Shown in pieces: positions 28,808-38,519 of a stretch of 39,210 bases of DNA (the stretch's first letter is position 1; each line of letters opens with the position of its first letter). The translations under genes and the position numbers were made by a program. This DNA is from Minisyncoccota bacterium (GTDB lineage Bacteria; Patescibacteriota; Minisyncoccia; Phycocordibacterales; GCA-2747955): positions 1 through 39,210 of the forward strand of contig JAHDDI010000001.1 in assembly GCA_020629435.1 (NCBI GenBank), in the 5' to 3' direction. The notes below the pieces were generated by a model. The model saw only the letters and a list, made by a program, of their open reading frames with translations, searched no databases and was not told the origin of the DNA.

Positions 28808-30490
28808 TTAATCCAAATCAACAACCCGTTGTAATTCTGCGAAACTGGTTGTACCTTGGAACACTTTTGCCACCCCATCTTCACGCATGTCTAATACTTC
28901 TTGGTGTCGGGTACCTTTTTTAATATCATGTTCAGACATGGTTGTTTTCAATAACGCCTCTAGTTTTTCATCCATAAAGATTACTTCGAATATTCCCAAG
29001 CGACCTTTGTATCCAGTGTTGTTACATTTTGCGCATCCCCCTGCTTCATATACCACATCTGTTTGTGGAACGTACATGTCACGTTTGGGCATAGTATTTA
29101 GAATTTTGGTTACCATGTTTCGCGTGTATTCTTTGTATTCCATATATGGTTTTTCAACTTTGCAATGTTCACATAGTTTTCGAACCAATCGCTGTGCAAT
29201 TGCAGCGTTAAGTGCCACAGACAATGTGTCTGCAGTTACCCCTAAATCTGCCAATCGTGCAAATGTTCCCGCTGCTGAATTGGTGTGCAAGGTAGAAAAC
29301 ACCAAGTGTCCCGTCAGCGCAGAATTAGCCGCAATTTTTGCAGTGTCTTCGTCTCGGATCTCACCAACCATGATCACGTCAGGGTCTTGTCGTAGTGCCG
29401 CTCGCAAACCAGATAGGAACGTATATCCTTTTTGTACGTCAACTTGGGTTTGTACAATACCATCGATATGATATTCAATAGGGTTTTCAATGGTGATTAT
29501 TTTTACCTGTGGTGAACGAATCGATTTAACAAAAGCAAACAGAGTCGTTGATTTACCTGACCCAGTTGGTCCTGTATTTAAAATGAGTCCATTTGGTCGT
29601 TTAATTTCACGTTCCATGCGCTCTAACAGGTCATCTTGCATTCCCAAACTTTTCAGCGAAACAGAAATTGCCCGTGGGTCCAAGAGACGCATTACAATTG
29701 ACTCGCCATATGCATCAGGTAGTGTTGATGTTCGGATTTCAATATCTGAATCTGCTAATTTAATAGAAAATCGACCGTCTTGAGCATTCTCACGAATATT
29801 TAATTTTAATCCCGCTGTCAGTTTAATTCGTGACAAAATCCGTTGGTATGTACCCAAGTCAAAGTCCGTGATATGGGTCAAAATACCATCTAAACGATAG
29901 CGTAACCCCACATGTGTTTCAGTGGGCTCCACGTGAATATCTGATGCCCCTAATGCATAAGCCGCATATAAAATAATTTCAATTACTTTTGAAACCCGGT
30001 ATACCTGTTTTGACGCCAACGCTTGGTCTAACAACGCTTTTGCTTGATCAATAGATGAGACCTGTAACAACACGTCATTAATATCTGCAGACGAAATATC
30101 AATAACGCCCTCTTCTGTTTTAACCGCATAAGAAATGTCTCCATAACGATCCCATGCTTTATTGAGAGAAACAGACGATGCCATAAATACCGTAGGTTCG
30201 TATTTTTTTTCACGTAGGCGCGTCAGTTCTCGTGCTAGTTCTGGATTATGTGGAGAAATAACTGCAATAGCCAAACGCTTATCGGATAAATTAAATCCGG
30301 CCATTCCTGCCTTTTTTGCGCGATCTTCGGGGATAACTTTTAGTGCGTCAGTGTTGATAGGCACCGACGAGAGATCCACATATCCAACACCATGTTTATT
30401 GGCCATAGCTTTTACTAGTTTTTCTGCCTGTAGTGCCTTGAGTTGTCGCAGGCGCACCATCTGTTTTGATTCCGCAAATTGCAATGTCAT
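28808..30490 (-). CDS. pilB: Type IV pilus assembly ATPase, PilB/GspE family
   Basis: ASDIHVEP, RYRLDG, QDGRF, GPTGSGKST, LRQDPDVIMVGEIRD, TGHLVFSTLHTN, tetracysteine motif. Confidence 0.9.
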   Translation of the reverse strand: MTLQFAESKQMVRLRQLKALQAEKLVKAMANKHGVGYVDLSSVPINTDALKVIPEDRAKKAGMAGFNLSDKRLAIAVISPHNPELARELTRLREKKYEPTVFMASSVSLNKAWDRYGDISYAVKTEEGVIDISSADINDVLLQVSSIDQAKALLDQALASKQVYRVSKVIEIILYAAYALGASDIHVEPTETHVGLRYRLDGILTHITDFDLGTYQRILSRIKLTAGLKLNIRENAQDGRFSIKLADSDIEIRTSTLPDAYGESIVMRLLDPRAISVSLKSLGMQDDLLERMEREIKRPNGLILNTGPTGSGKSTTLFAFVKSIRSPQVKIITIENPIEYHIDGIVQTQVDVQKGYTFLSGLRAALRQDPDVIMVGEIRDEDTAKIAANSALTGHLVFSTLHTNSAAGTFARLADLGVTADTLSVALNAAIAQRLVRKLCEHCKVEKPYMEYKEYTRNMVTKILNTMPKRDMYVPQTDVVYEAGGCAKCNNTGYKGRLGIFEVIFMDEKLEALLKTTMSEHDIKKGTRHQEVLDMREDGVAKVFQGTTSFAELQRVVDLD

Positions 30491-30552
30491 AGCACCAGTA
30501 TATCAGTTTTGAATACAAAAAATAAACCGTTGTGTTTTGATATACTTGTTGT

Positions 30553-30987
30553 ATGAAAAAAACATGGACTATTAATTCATTGGATGATCTAAATCAATTT
30601 GCATCTCTGCTCGTTGGTGATCTACAGAAACAAGATACATCAGCAGTTATTACCCTCTCTGGTGACTTAGGCGCTGGAAAAACCACACTAACCCAAATGA
30701 TAGGAAAGAATTTTGGCATTACCGAACCCATGGGGTCGCCTACTTTTGTGATTTCAAAATATTATGATTTGAAAAATCAGGCATGGAAGCGACTGGTTCA
30801 TATTGACGCATATAGGTTGGATGGTCAAAATCTAGAACCACTTGATTTCCCGACATTATTTTCAGACCCAAACAACATTGTCATTATTGAATGGCCTGAA
30901 TATATTGCATCCGTATTACCCAAACAACACACCTCTATTTCTATCACCTTGAATGAAAATGATTCACGAACAATTGATATTGTGTAA
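30553..30987 (+). CDS. tsaE: tRNA threonylcarbamoyladenosine biosynthesis ATPase TsaE
   Basis: LSGDLGAGKTT, SPTF, HIDAYRL, IEWP. Confidence 0.95.
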   Translation: MKKTWTINSLDDLNQFASLLVGDLQKQDTSAVITLSGDLGAGKTTLTQMIGKNFGITEPMGSPTFVISKYYDLKNQAWKRLVHIDAYRLDGQNLEPLDFPTLFSDPNNIVIIEWPEYIASVLPKQHTSISITLNENDSRTIDIV

Positions 30988-31056
30988 ATAAAAAATCATG
31001 GGAGCAGCCTATCACGCGCTCCCTTTTTCGTTGTCTGAAAATGTTACAATTTATCT

Positions 31057-33435
31057 ATGACTAAATCTGCTTATACTACTCGGACTGTTTTATTAGATGC
31101 ACACGCTATTATTCACCGTGCCTACCACGCTATGCCTGACTTTGCGACACGAGATGGAAAACCAACCGGGGGATTATATGGTGTCTGCACTATGTTGCTG
31201 AAAATCATTGATGAACTGAAGCCTGACTATGTCATTGCTTGTTATGACCTGCCCAAGCCAACATTTCGTCATGTTGCCTATGACAACTACAAAGGCGGCC
31301 GTAAAGAATCTGATGATGATCTGAAAGAACAGCTGCAGACCAGTCGAGAAATTTTTGAAGCATTTAGTATTCCAATTTACGAACTCGAAGGCTATGAAGC
31401 GGACGATATTTTAGGAACTATTGCAGAGCAGCTAAAACCAGACCTAAGTCATGAAATAATTATTGCCTCAGGAGACATGGACACCATGCAATTAATTGAT
31501 GCCGATCAGGTGCAGGTATATACACTGAAAAAAGGAATCACTAATACTATTTTATATGATGAAAACGCAGTAGTGGAACGGTACGGGTTTGGATCTGACT
31601 TAATAGCCGACTATAAAGGTTTGGCAGGGGACTCTTCAGATAACATTAAAGGGGTCAAGGGAATTGGTGCAAAAACTGCCACCAATCTGATACAACAATT
31701 TGGAACGGTAGAACAAATTTACTCAGCATTACACAAAGACGAACAGTTATTATTGGATGCCGGAGTGACTAAACGTATGGTAGGGTTGTTGGCTGAGTCC
31801 GAAGAAGACGCCTTGTTCTCGAAAGAGCTGGCGACTATTAAATGTGATGTTCCGATTACCTACACTATCCCTGATCACAAATTTCATGATGGGATTAATT
31901 TGGCTGATGCGGGGGATTTGTTTCGAAAGTTAGAGTTTCGAACCATGTTGGTTAAATTAAAATCAACCTTGGGTATCAAAGAAGACAAAGTACAGGATTC
32001 ATTATTTGCTGATGAGTCTGACATTGACGCAGTAGATCTAGCACAAGCAAAACTGGCGGTGTGGTTATTAAATCCTGTTATTTCTGAGCCATCACTAGAT
32101 GATGTGTTGCGATATGGTGATGACTTTGAAACAGCATTCAAAGAACTACAAAAAGACATTACCGAACAAGAATTAGATTTTGTATGGAAAGAAATTGAAT
32201 GTGCTGGTATCGATGCAGTCAACACAATGAACGGTAACGGATTTAATATTGACCAAAAACAACTAGAGAAATTATCGAAACAATTCCATAAAAAAATTGA
32301 AGTCTTGGAAAAATCAATCTATGCGCATGCAGGAGAAGAATTTAATATTAAATCTACCCAGCAACTTTCGCGCATACTATTTGAAGTAATGGAGCTTCCA
32401 ACAAAAGGCATCAAAAAAACACCAAAAGGTGTGCTGTCGACCAAAGAGTCTGAATTAGAAAAATTACAGTCACAACATGCAATCATTAATGACATTCTCT
32501 CGTACCGAGAATTAACCAAATTAACGTCAACCTATCTAGACAATATCAAACCCATGATAGACCAAACGACTGGGCGTTTATATGCAACATTTGTACCCAC
32601 AGGAACCACTACTGGTCGCATGTCTTCGCGTGATCCTAATTTACAAAATATTCCTGTCTCAGGACAATACGGTAAAATGATACGAACCATTTTTGTGCCA
32701 TCTGATGGGTACACTTTGGTTGCGTGTGACTACAGCCAAATTGAACTACGTATGGCTGCAGAATTGTCAGGCGATGAAACTTTTATTAATGCATTCATTA
32801 ACGGAGAAGATATCCATGCAAAAGTGGCGGAAGAGTTATTTGGAAACGCTGATGGAGAAAATCGACGCAAAGCAAAAGTAATTAATTTTGGAATTCTTTA
32901 TGGAATGGGTGCTAATGCACTACGTAATAATTTAGGTACTGATGAACATAGTTTAGACGAAGCCCGTAATTATCTGGAACAATATTTTATTCAGTTCCCT
33001 ACACTTGCCGCATATCTGGAAAGCACCAAAGAATTTGCCCGAGAATTTGGATTTACAAAAACATTATTTGGACGGCGCCGTCATTTTAAAGACATTAATA
33101 GTAAGATTCCGTTTCTGCGCGCGAGTGCAGAGCGTATGGCCATTAATGCGCCAATCCAAGGTACCGCAACAGCAGACATTATCAAACTAGCTTTACGTGA
33201 CGTTCATCAATACATTAACGATAACTCATTACAGTCAGAAATTAAAACTTTGGCACAAGTGCATGACGAACTAGTGTTTGAAATACAAGATGCAAATGTT
33301 TCAAAACACAGTGCTGAAATAAAAAAAATTATGGAATCTGTTTTAAAAAAATATGCAAAACAAATTTCAGTGCAAACACAAGTGCCGCTGGTTGTTGAAG
33401 TGAACACAGGCGCTAACTGGGCAGAAACAAAATAA
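31057..33435 (+). CDS. polA: DNA polymerase I (5'-3' exonuclease + polymerase; 3'-5' exonuclease region reduced)
   Basis: LLDAHAIIHRAYHA, YEADD, GDSSDNIKGVKGIG, TGRMSSRDPNLQNIP, DYSQIELR, KVINFGILYG, QVHDEL. Confidence 0.96.
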   Translation: MTKSAYTTRTVLLDAHAIIHRAYHAMPDFATRDGKPTGGLYGVCTMLLKIIDELKPDYVIACYDLPKPTFRHVAYDNYKGGRKESDDDLKEQLQTSREIFEAFSIPIYELEGYEADDILGTIAEQLKPDLSHEIIIASGDMDTMQLIDADQVQVYTLKKGITNTILYDENAVVERYGFGSDLIADYKGLAGDSSDNIKGVKGIGAKTATNLIQQFGTVEQIYSALHKDEQLLLDAGVTKRMVGLLAESEEDALFSKELATIKCDVPITYTIPDHKFHDGINLADAGDLFRKLEFRTMLVKLKSTLGIKEDKVQDSLFADESDIDAVDLAQAKLAVWLLNPVISEPSLDDVLRYGDDFETAFKELQKDITEQELDFVWKEIECAGIDAVNTMNGNGFNIDQKQLEKLSKQFHKKIEVLEKSIYAHAGEEFNIKSTQQLSRILFEVMELPTKGIKKTPKGVLSTKESELEKLQSQHAIINDILSYRELTKLTSTYLDNIKPMIDQTTGRLYATFVPTGTTTGRMSSRDPNLQNIPVSGQYGKMIRTIFVPSDGYTLVACDYSQIELRMAAELSGDETFINAFINGEDIHAKVAEELFGNADGENRRKAKVINFGILYGMGANALRNNLGTDEHSLDEARNYLEQYFIQFPTLAAYLESTKEFAREFGFTKTLFGRRRHFKDINSKIPFLRASAERMAINAPIQGTATADIIKLALRDVHQYINDNSLQSEIKTLAQVHDELVFEIQDANVSKHSAEIKKIMESVLKKYAKQISVQTQVPLVVEVNTGANWAETK

Positions 33436-33439
33436 CAGC

Positions 33440-33472
33440 AAAAAAACCAACCCGGCAAGGGTTGGTTTTTTT
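33440..33472. terminator. Bidirectional terminator
   Basis: AAAAAAACCAACCC-ggcaa-GGGTTGGTTTTTTT. Confidence 0.8.
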
Positions 33473-33473
33473 A

Positions 33474-33995
33474 TTACCGTAATGAACGTGCGCGGATTTT
33501 ATAAGGAGAATTAGTGGTTGAACCATACACTTGAACCACCTGGTCAATTTCCCATACTGACGGTGGTGATAATTCGTAACGTAATATGTCGCGTAGATCA
33601 ACTTCATATCCTGGCTCTTCTAATGATTTAGAAATATATGCGACCAGGTATTCTCCACGTGAATCTGTTTGTGAACCATAACCAACTAATGTTCCCACCA
33701 CATCTGGTTCCCCTGTTTCAAATGACGCACTGTTGGCCTGTCCACTATCTCCCCCTCCCCCAACAGCAACACCTCGCTTATCAGTTCCATCAAAACGAGC
33801 AACCGGATTACCTGCTGCTGCGTCTCGTGTAGCTTGTAGTGCTGCTAACTCCGCATCTAAATCTGAAGCAACAGCATCTGATTCATCTGCACCTGACGGC
33901 CACATCATATAAATAGCAAAAAGCGTTACTACTCCCAAAACATATAACATTTTTTTACTTTTACCGACTTGTTCCTGTAATGCCTCTTTATCCAT
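33474..33995 (-). CDS. Membrane-anchored hypothetical protein
   Basis: TM helix near the N-terminus; ATG 33995 with TATAAT 6 nt upstream. Confidence 0.7.
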   Translation of the reverse strand: MDKEALQEQVGKSKKMLYVLGVVTLFAIYMMWPSGADESDAVASDLDAELAALQATRDAAAGNPVARFDGTDKRGVAVGGGGDSGQANSASFETGEPDVVGTLVGYGSQTDSRGEYLVAYISKSLEEPGYEVDLRDILRYELSPPSVWEIDQVVQVYGSTTNSPYKIRARSLR

Positions 33996-34056
33996 CAAAA
34001 AATTATAACATCATTATTTGTAATCTGCCCCAGTGCTGTTGGTGTATAATATGTGT

Positions 34057-34758
34057 ATGTTATATATGGCGGTTGGAACAGACTTTACACAAAGAAAAAC
34101 ATACACTCAAAGTGTTCTAGAAAAGATGCAGGCGAAACGACCTGACGCACAAATGGTCATACTAGACAGTGATAGTTTTTCTCCAAATACATGCGAACAA
34201 TTTCTCTCTAGTGTCGGATTATTTGATGAAAAATCAATAATTGTAATCAATTCGGTTTGTGAAACAAAAGAACACAAAGAATACTTATTATCACACCTCC
34301 AAGATATGATAAATTCAGATAACGCCTTTGTGTTGTCCGAGAATAAATTAACCCCAACAGAAATCAAAAAAATTAAAGATATTGGTGTAAATATTTCAAT
34401 GTTTGCAGAAAACACAAAGCCTTCATTTTCAAATATTTTTGTTATGGGAGATTTGTTGCTTCAAAAAAATAAACAAAAATTGTTATTAGATTTATACACA
34501 AACACCAACAATGGAACAAGTATAGAAGAAATAGTTGGGGTGTTGTTGTGGCAATTAAAATCATTGTTGTTATGTCAACAATACAGTGAAGCAGAATCTG
34601 GTCTTAAAAATTATGTATATAAAAAATGTAAACAATGTTCGTGGTCACCAGAAGAAACAATGGAAGTTTACAAAAAAATTATCAACCACTACCACCAATC
34701 AAGGTTGGGTGGTCTTGATTTGTTTACAAGAATAGAATTATCAATTATGGAATTATAA
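34057..34758 (+). CDS. holA: DNA polymerase III delta subunit-like (short form)
   Basis: SVGLFDEKSIIVI, IFVMGDLL, EEIVGVLLWQLK, C-terminal IELSIMEL; next to dnaN; ATG 34057 is 6 nt after TATAAT. Confidence 0.7.
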   Translation: MLYMAVGTDFTQRKTYTQSVLEKMQAKRPDAQMVILDSDSFSPNTCEQFLSSVGLFDEKSIIVINSVCETKEHKEYLLSHLQDMINSDNAFVLSENKLTPTEIKKIKDIGVNISMFAENTKPSFSNIFVMGDLLLQKNKQKLLLDLYTNTNNGTSIEEIVGVLLWQLKSLLLCQQYSEAESGLKNYVYKKCKQCSWSPEETMEVYKKIINHYHQSRLGGLDLFTRIELSIMEL

Positions 34759-34783
34759 AACCACACATTGTGTGGTTTTATAA

Positions 34784-35899
34784 TTATTTATTCAATGGCA
34801 TGACTATGTATGTCAGTTTACTGTCAGGCACTGTGTTTATTTTTAATGGTCGACCCGGGTCAGTGAAAGATATCTCTAAGCTATCTGTGGTTACCGATGG
34901 GAGACACTCTGAAATATACCTGTGGTTGAATTTTACAGAAATACTATCTCCTTCTAGTGCGGCAGGAATGTTTGTTTGGTTTGTTCCTGTGGTTTGGTTT
35001 GAACTAGTTAATTCACATAGTTTACTTTTTGGGTCAATATTTAGTAACACTTCGTGAAATTCATTTGAAAAAATATTTGACAGTTGTAGTACTTGGGCTA
35101 AATCTTCTTTTAAGATAACTGCGCTTGTTTCTTTTTCTTTTGGAATCAAACGTTTATAGTCGGGAAAATTACCTGAAACTAGTCGGCAGGTAAAGTAGAT
35201 ATTACCCGCTTGAATTGCTAATTGATTGTCTGTAATAAAGAAATCAATTGTATTTGAATCGTTATTATCGAATACTTTTGCAATAATTGCGGCTGATTTT
35301 ACTGGTAATAAAAGTGAAAAATCATCAGGACCCAAATCTGTTCTGAATATTTTTTCAATCAACCGAAACCCATCTGTACATACGAAATATAGATGACCTG
35401 CTTCATAATTAATAAAAATTGAAGACAGTTCAGGTTTAATATTAGAATGTGATGCCGCAAATGACACTGTTTGTATTCCAACAATAAAATCTTTTATTGG
35501 AAAGTTAAATTGTTTGGTCTCTTCATCGGTCTCTATGTGTGGTATGGCAGGAAATTCGGTGTGTTCTAGAGTACTTACCTTTGTATTGGATAGACTGTTC
35601 GTTATTAACCCTTGTGTGTCTTTCAGTTCAAATTTAAGGGTGTCGTCTTTTTTGTTTGTGTTGGAAATCAACCGTGTTAAAACATCACTAGGAATTGCAG
35701 TGGTGCCTTCAGTCTCTACTTGGGCAGGAATAGTGATTGTTAACGCGTGTTCAATATCAGTTGTTTGTAATAACACTTGATCATTTGTTGTTGTCACTAA
35801 AACACAAGACAGAACAGGTAGGTCGATGTTCTTTGAAACAATCGCATTTGTTTTCTGTAATGCTTTATGTAATTTGTTTTGTACACAATTGAACTTCAT
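34784..35899 (-). CDS. dnaN: DNA polymerase III beta sliding clamp
   Basis: LPVLSCVL, TDGFRL, GNFPDYKRLIP, YIVMP; downstream of dnaA. Confidence 0.96.
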   Translation of the reverse strand: MKFNCVQNKLHKALQKTNAIVSKNIDLPVLSCVLVTTTNDQVLLQTTDIEHALTITIPAQVETEGTTAIPSDVLTRLISNTNKKDDTLKFELKDTQGLITNSLSNTKVSTLEHTEFPAIPHIETDEETKQFNFPIKDFIVGIQTVSFAASHSNIKPELSSIFINYEAGHLYFVCTDGFRLIEKIFRTDLGPDDFSLLLPVKSAAIIAKVFDNNDSNTIDFFITDNQLAIQAGNIYFTCRLVSGNFPDYKRLIPKEKETSAVILKEDLAQVLQLSNIFSNEFHEVLLNIDPKSKLCELTSSNQTTGTNQTNIPAALEGDSISVKFNHRYISECLPSVTTDSLEISFTDPGRPLKINTVPDSKLTYIVMPLNK

Positions 35900-36339
35900 A
35901 TATTTATTATATATTTATTATTAATAATATAAGCTGTGGTTATCTGGATAAGTAGTTTTTTTATTAACCTATATAGCTTTTTTTGTTTATAACTTCTTGA
36001 ATAAAAAACATTTATAACAATAAGTTGTTGACACGTTTTTTTTGAAAAATGGTCTAATATACTACACCACCAGTTACAGTCATGTTGTTATAATTAATTA
36101 ACACGGCCACACACAGACAACTCACGGCTTGTCCCCAGATATACGCAACCATAAAAATTTAAAAGGTCAAAAACTTTACGAAGAAAATAATAACAAGTCT
36201 TAAAATTAGATTCTTCGACCCGCTTCGGAAGCGATTGTATTAATTATATTTAAAATATAATTAATACAATCGCTTCCGAAGTCTTAAAAACAAAGGATTC
36301 ATAAAAAGTTTTTAAACACTATTTAAAAATCCTTGTTTT
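35900..36339. other. Probable oriC (dnaA-dnaN intergenic region) with basal unwinding site
   Basis: Minus strand: tandem DnaA-box-like TTATCCAGA/ATAACCACA (35935-35951), then GC and TAT/TAA trinucleotide repeats (DnaA-trio-like) before dnaN; further degenerate boxes; gene orientation switches near dnaA/rpmH. Confidence 0.7.
36223..36281. repeat. Perfect 29-bp inverted repeat with 1-nt spacer
   Basis: CTTCGGAAGCGATTGTATTAATTATATTT-A-AAATATAATTAATACAATCGCTTCCGAAG. Confidence 0.95.
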
Positions 36340-37683
36340 TTAGAACATGCTACGAATAGCGTCTAAATCAGTAGTAAGTTGAGGATTATCATCTAATTCA
36401 CCACGAACCTTATCACAAGAGTGCATTACTGTTGTGTGGTCACGTCCACCTAATTTTTCACCAATTGTTGGAAATGATATTTTGAAATCTTCTCGTAGAA
36501 TATACATAATTAACTGTCTTGGTTTTACAAACTCTTTCTTCCTAATCTTTTTGTATACATTCTCTTCATCGATACCATAGTAGTCAGACACAATCTGAAC
36601 CACTTCTTCTACCTTCATTACCTTTTTCTTTTTAACATTGTTCTTCACCAAATCTTTTACTTCATTGAGAGTTAGTTCTCTTCCTCGAACATCTGATTTT
36701 AAGATCACTGAGTTCAGTACACCCTCTAATTCACGAATGTTTCCATTAATTGTTGTAGCCAAATATTCAATTACTTTTTCTGTTAGGGCAAATTGTGATG
36801 AATTTGATTTTTGTCGCAAAATTTCAATCCGTGATTCATAATCAGGTGCTTGAATATCAATAGTCATCCCTGCGTTAAATCGCCCACGTAGTCGGTCTTC
36901 AATATCAGAAATCTGGTTGGGGTGTTTATCAGAAGAAAAGATAATTTGTTTGTTGTTGTCATACATATAGTTAAACAAGTGAAACAATTCCTCTTGGGTT
37001 TTTTCTTTTTTTGCTAAAAATTGAATATCATCAATGATTAAAACATCATATTTTCGATATTTCATTTTAAAATCGTTAGCACGGTTTGATTTACCAATTT
37101 GCTCTACAACCTCCATTTGGAATTTATCAGTCGTTAGGTAGTACACTTTTTTGTGTGGTTGGTTTTTTTTGATGTGGTTACCAATAGATTGAATAAGGTG
37201 TGTTTTTCCAAATCCAGTGTTCCCATAGACAAAGAATGGGTTATAGACCACTTCTTGTTTTTTAATGATTGCCTGCGCTGCTGAATAGGCCACTTCATTA
37301 AAGTCTCCCACAACAAAAGTATCAAAAGTATATTTAGGGTTCAAATTATCATCCTTGTTGATATATAGTGACTCAATAGGAAGACGGTTGTTCATTGATG
37401 GAGACGATCGTTTAACAGGTTCTTTTCTGTCTTCTTTCTTTTCAATAATATATTCTAGTGACCGCAATGTGTCATCAGAATCAATTAAGTGTTTTAAAAT
37501 AGTTTTGTGAAACTTCTCAGAGAGCCAGTTTTTTACAAATTGGTTGGGGGTTGCCAATACAACAGTTCCATCATCAATTTTTGAAATATACGTATCCTTG
37601 AACCACGTATTAAAGTTTGCCTTTGAAATATCGAGTTCAATATTTGAAGATGCTTTTTCCCACACAGTTTGGTAATCACTCAT
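36340..37683 (-). CDS. dnaA: Chromosomal replication initiator DnaA
   Basis: LNPKYTFDTFVVG, YNPFFVYGNTGFGKTHL, LIIDDIQF, QEELFHLFN, GGRDHTTVMH. Confidence 0.97.
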   Translation of the reverse strand: MSDYQTVWEKASSNIELDISKANFNTWFKDTYISKIDDGTVVLATPNQFVKNWLSEKFHKTILKHLIDSDDTLRSLEYIIEKKEDRKEPVKRSSPSMNNRLPIESLYINKDDNLNPKYTFDTFVVGDFNEVAYSAAQAIIKKQEVVYNPFFVYGNTGFGKTHLIQSIGNHIKKNQPHKKVYYLTTDKFQMEVVEQIGKSNRANDFKMKYRKYDVLIIDDIQFLAKKEKTQEELFHLFNYMYDNNKQIIFSSDKHPNQISDIEDRLRGRFNAGMTIDIQAPDYESRIEILRQKSNSSQFALTEKVIEYLATTINGNIRELEGVLNSVILKSDVRGRELTLNEVKDLVKNNVKKKKVMKVEEVVQIVSDYYGIDEENVYKKIRKKEFVKPRQLIMYILREDFKISFPTIGEKLGGRDHTTVMHSCDKVRGELDDNPQLTTDLDAIRSMF

Positions 37684-37834
37684 AAGACCATTACATAATT
37701 ATTATTTCATCGATCCACATGGGTAACGTAATACCACATATGTTTGTGTAGATACAAACACATATAATCATTCACGTCGCCTAAGTTAAGATACGCCTTT
37801 ATTAATGAGTACTATTGTGCGGTATATTTACTTA

Positions 37835-37885
37835 TTATCCAAACAGTGTATATATGGGTATTAAATCTTAATATTATGTGGATAA
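37835..37885. promoter_or_regulatory. DnaA boxes upstream of dnaA
   Basis: TTATCCAAA at 37835-37843 and perfect TGTGGATAA at 37877-37885. Confidence 0.7.
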
Positions 37886-37951
37886 GTCTATGGTTGGTTT
37901 GTCAAACAATGGTTGCTTTTATGTTTGTTGTTCTGTATACTCGCAAGCATT

Positions 37952-38086
37952 ATGTCACAAACATACCAACCAAAAAATAAAAAACGAAAACGAACTCACG
38001 GATTCTTGGTTCGATTACGTTCTGCTGCGGGGAAACGAGTACTCAAAGCTCGGCGCCAAAAAGGAAGAAAAAAATTATCTGTTTAA
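37952..38086 (+). CDS. rpmH: 50S ribosomal protein L34
   Basis: Manual translation [44 protein letters not shown] (44 aa, below the ORF-track cutoff). Confidence 0.97.
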   Translation: MSQTYQPKNKKRKRTHGFLVRLRSAAGKRVLKARRQKGRKKLSV

Positions 38087-38092
38087 TTGATA

Positions 38093-38123
38093 ACAAAAAA
38101 ACTCCTTTGGGAGTTTTTTTGTT
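38093..38123 (+). terminator. Terminator after rpmH
   Basis: AACAAAAAAACTCC-ttt-GGGAGTTTTTTTGTT. Confidence 0.75.
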
Positions 38124-38186
38124 ATATGTACCATGGTTTTAAAGGTATTCTTTATCTTTGGTCCTATCTATCTTATACTAACTGAT

Positions 38187-38519
38187 ATGTTGGCATCTCA
38201 ATACAAACTAAATTCAGTTGAATTTAGCACTACATTCAAAACAGGTAAAAAAATCCATACTGATAATCTTATGGTGAGCTATACACCAGAACATACAGAA
38301 TTTAAATGCGCGGTGGTTGTGAGCAAAAAACAGGCAAAAACCGCTATTGTGCGTAACTATAAAAGACGCCAGATTTTTAATGTGATTAAAGAATTACACA
38401 TAAATAATGAAAACCAGTTGGAAGGCGTCTGGATGATAGTTACTATCAAGAAAAAATCTTTATCCATAAACCATACACAGATTCAAGAAGAACTTAACAG
38501 TGTCGTGCATAAATTTTGA
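38187..38519 (+). CDS. rnpA: Ribonuclease P protein component
   Basis: MLASQYKL..EF, AVVVSKKQAKTAIVRNYKRRQI (RNR-like motif); follows rpmH; ATG 38187 is 7 nt after TATACT. Confidence 0.88.
   Translation: MLASQYKLNSVEFSTTFKTGKKIHTDNLMVSYTPEHTEFKCAVVVSKKQAKTAIVRNYKRRQIFNVIKELHINNENQLEGVWMIVTIKKKSLSINHTQIQEELNSVVHKF

Noticed and set aside
6931..36841. Numerous antisense ORFs inside ndh, tig, glyS, PBP, murB, yebC, ruvB, pilB, polA, dnaN and dnaA
   Set aside because: Fully overlap well-supported genes and show no independent motifs.
37878..38090. 70-aa plus-strand ORF in the track
   Set aside because: Overlaps rpmH in another frame; the L34 frame is unambiguous.
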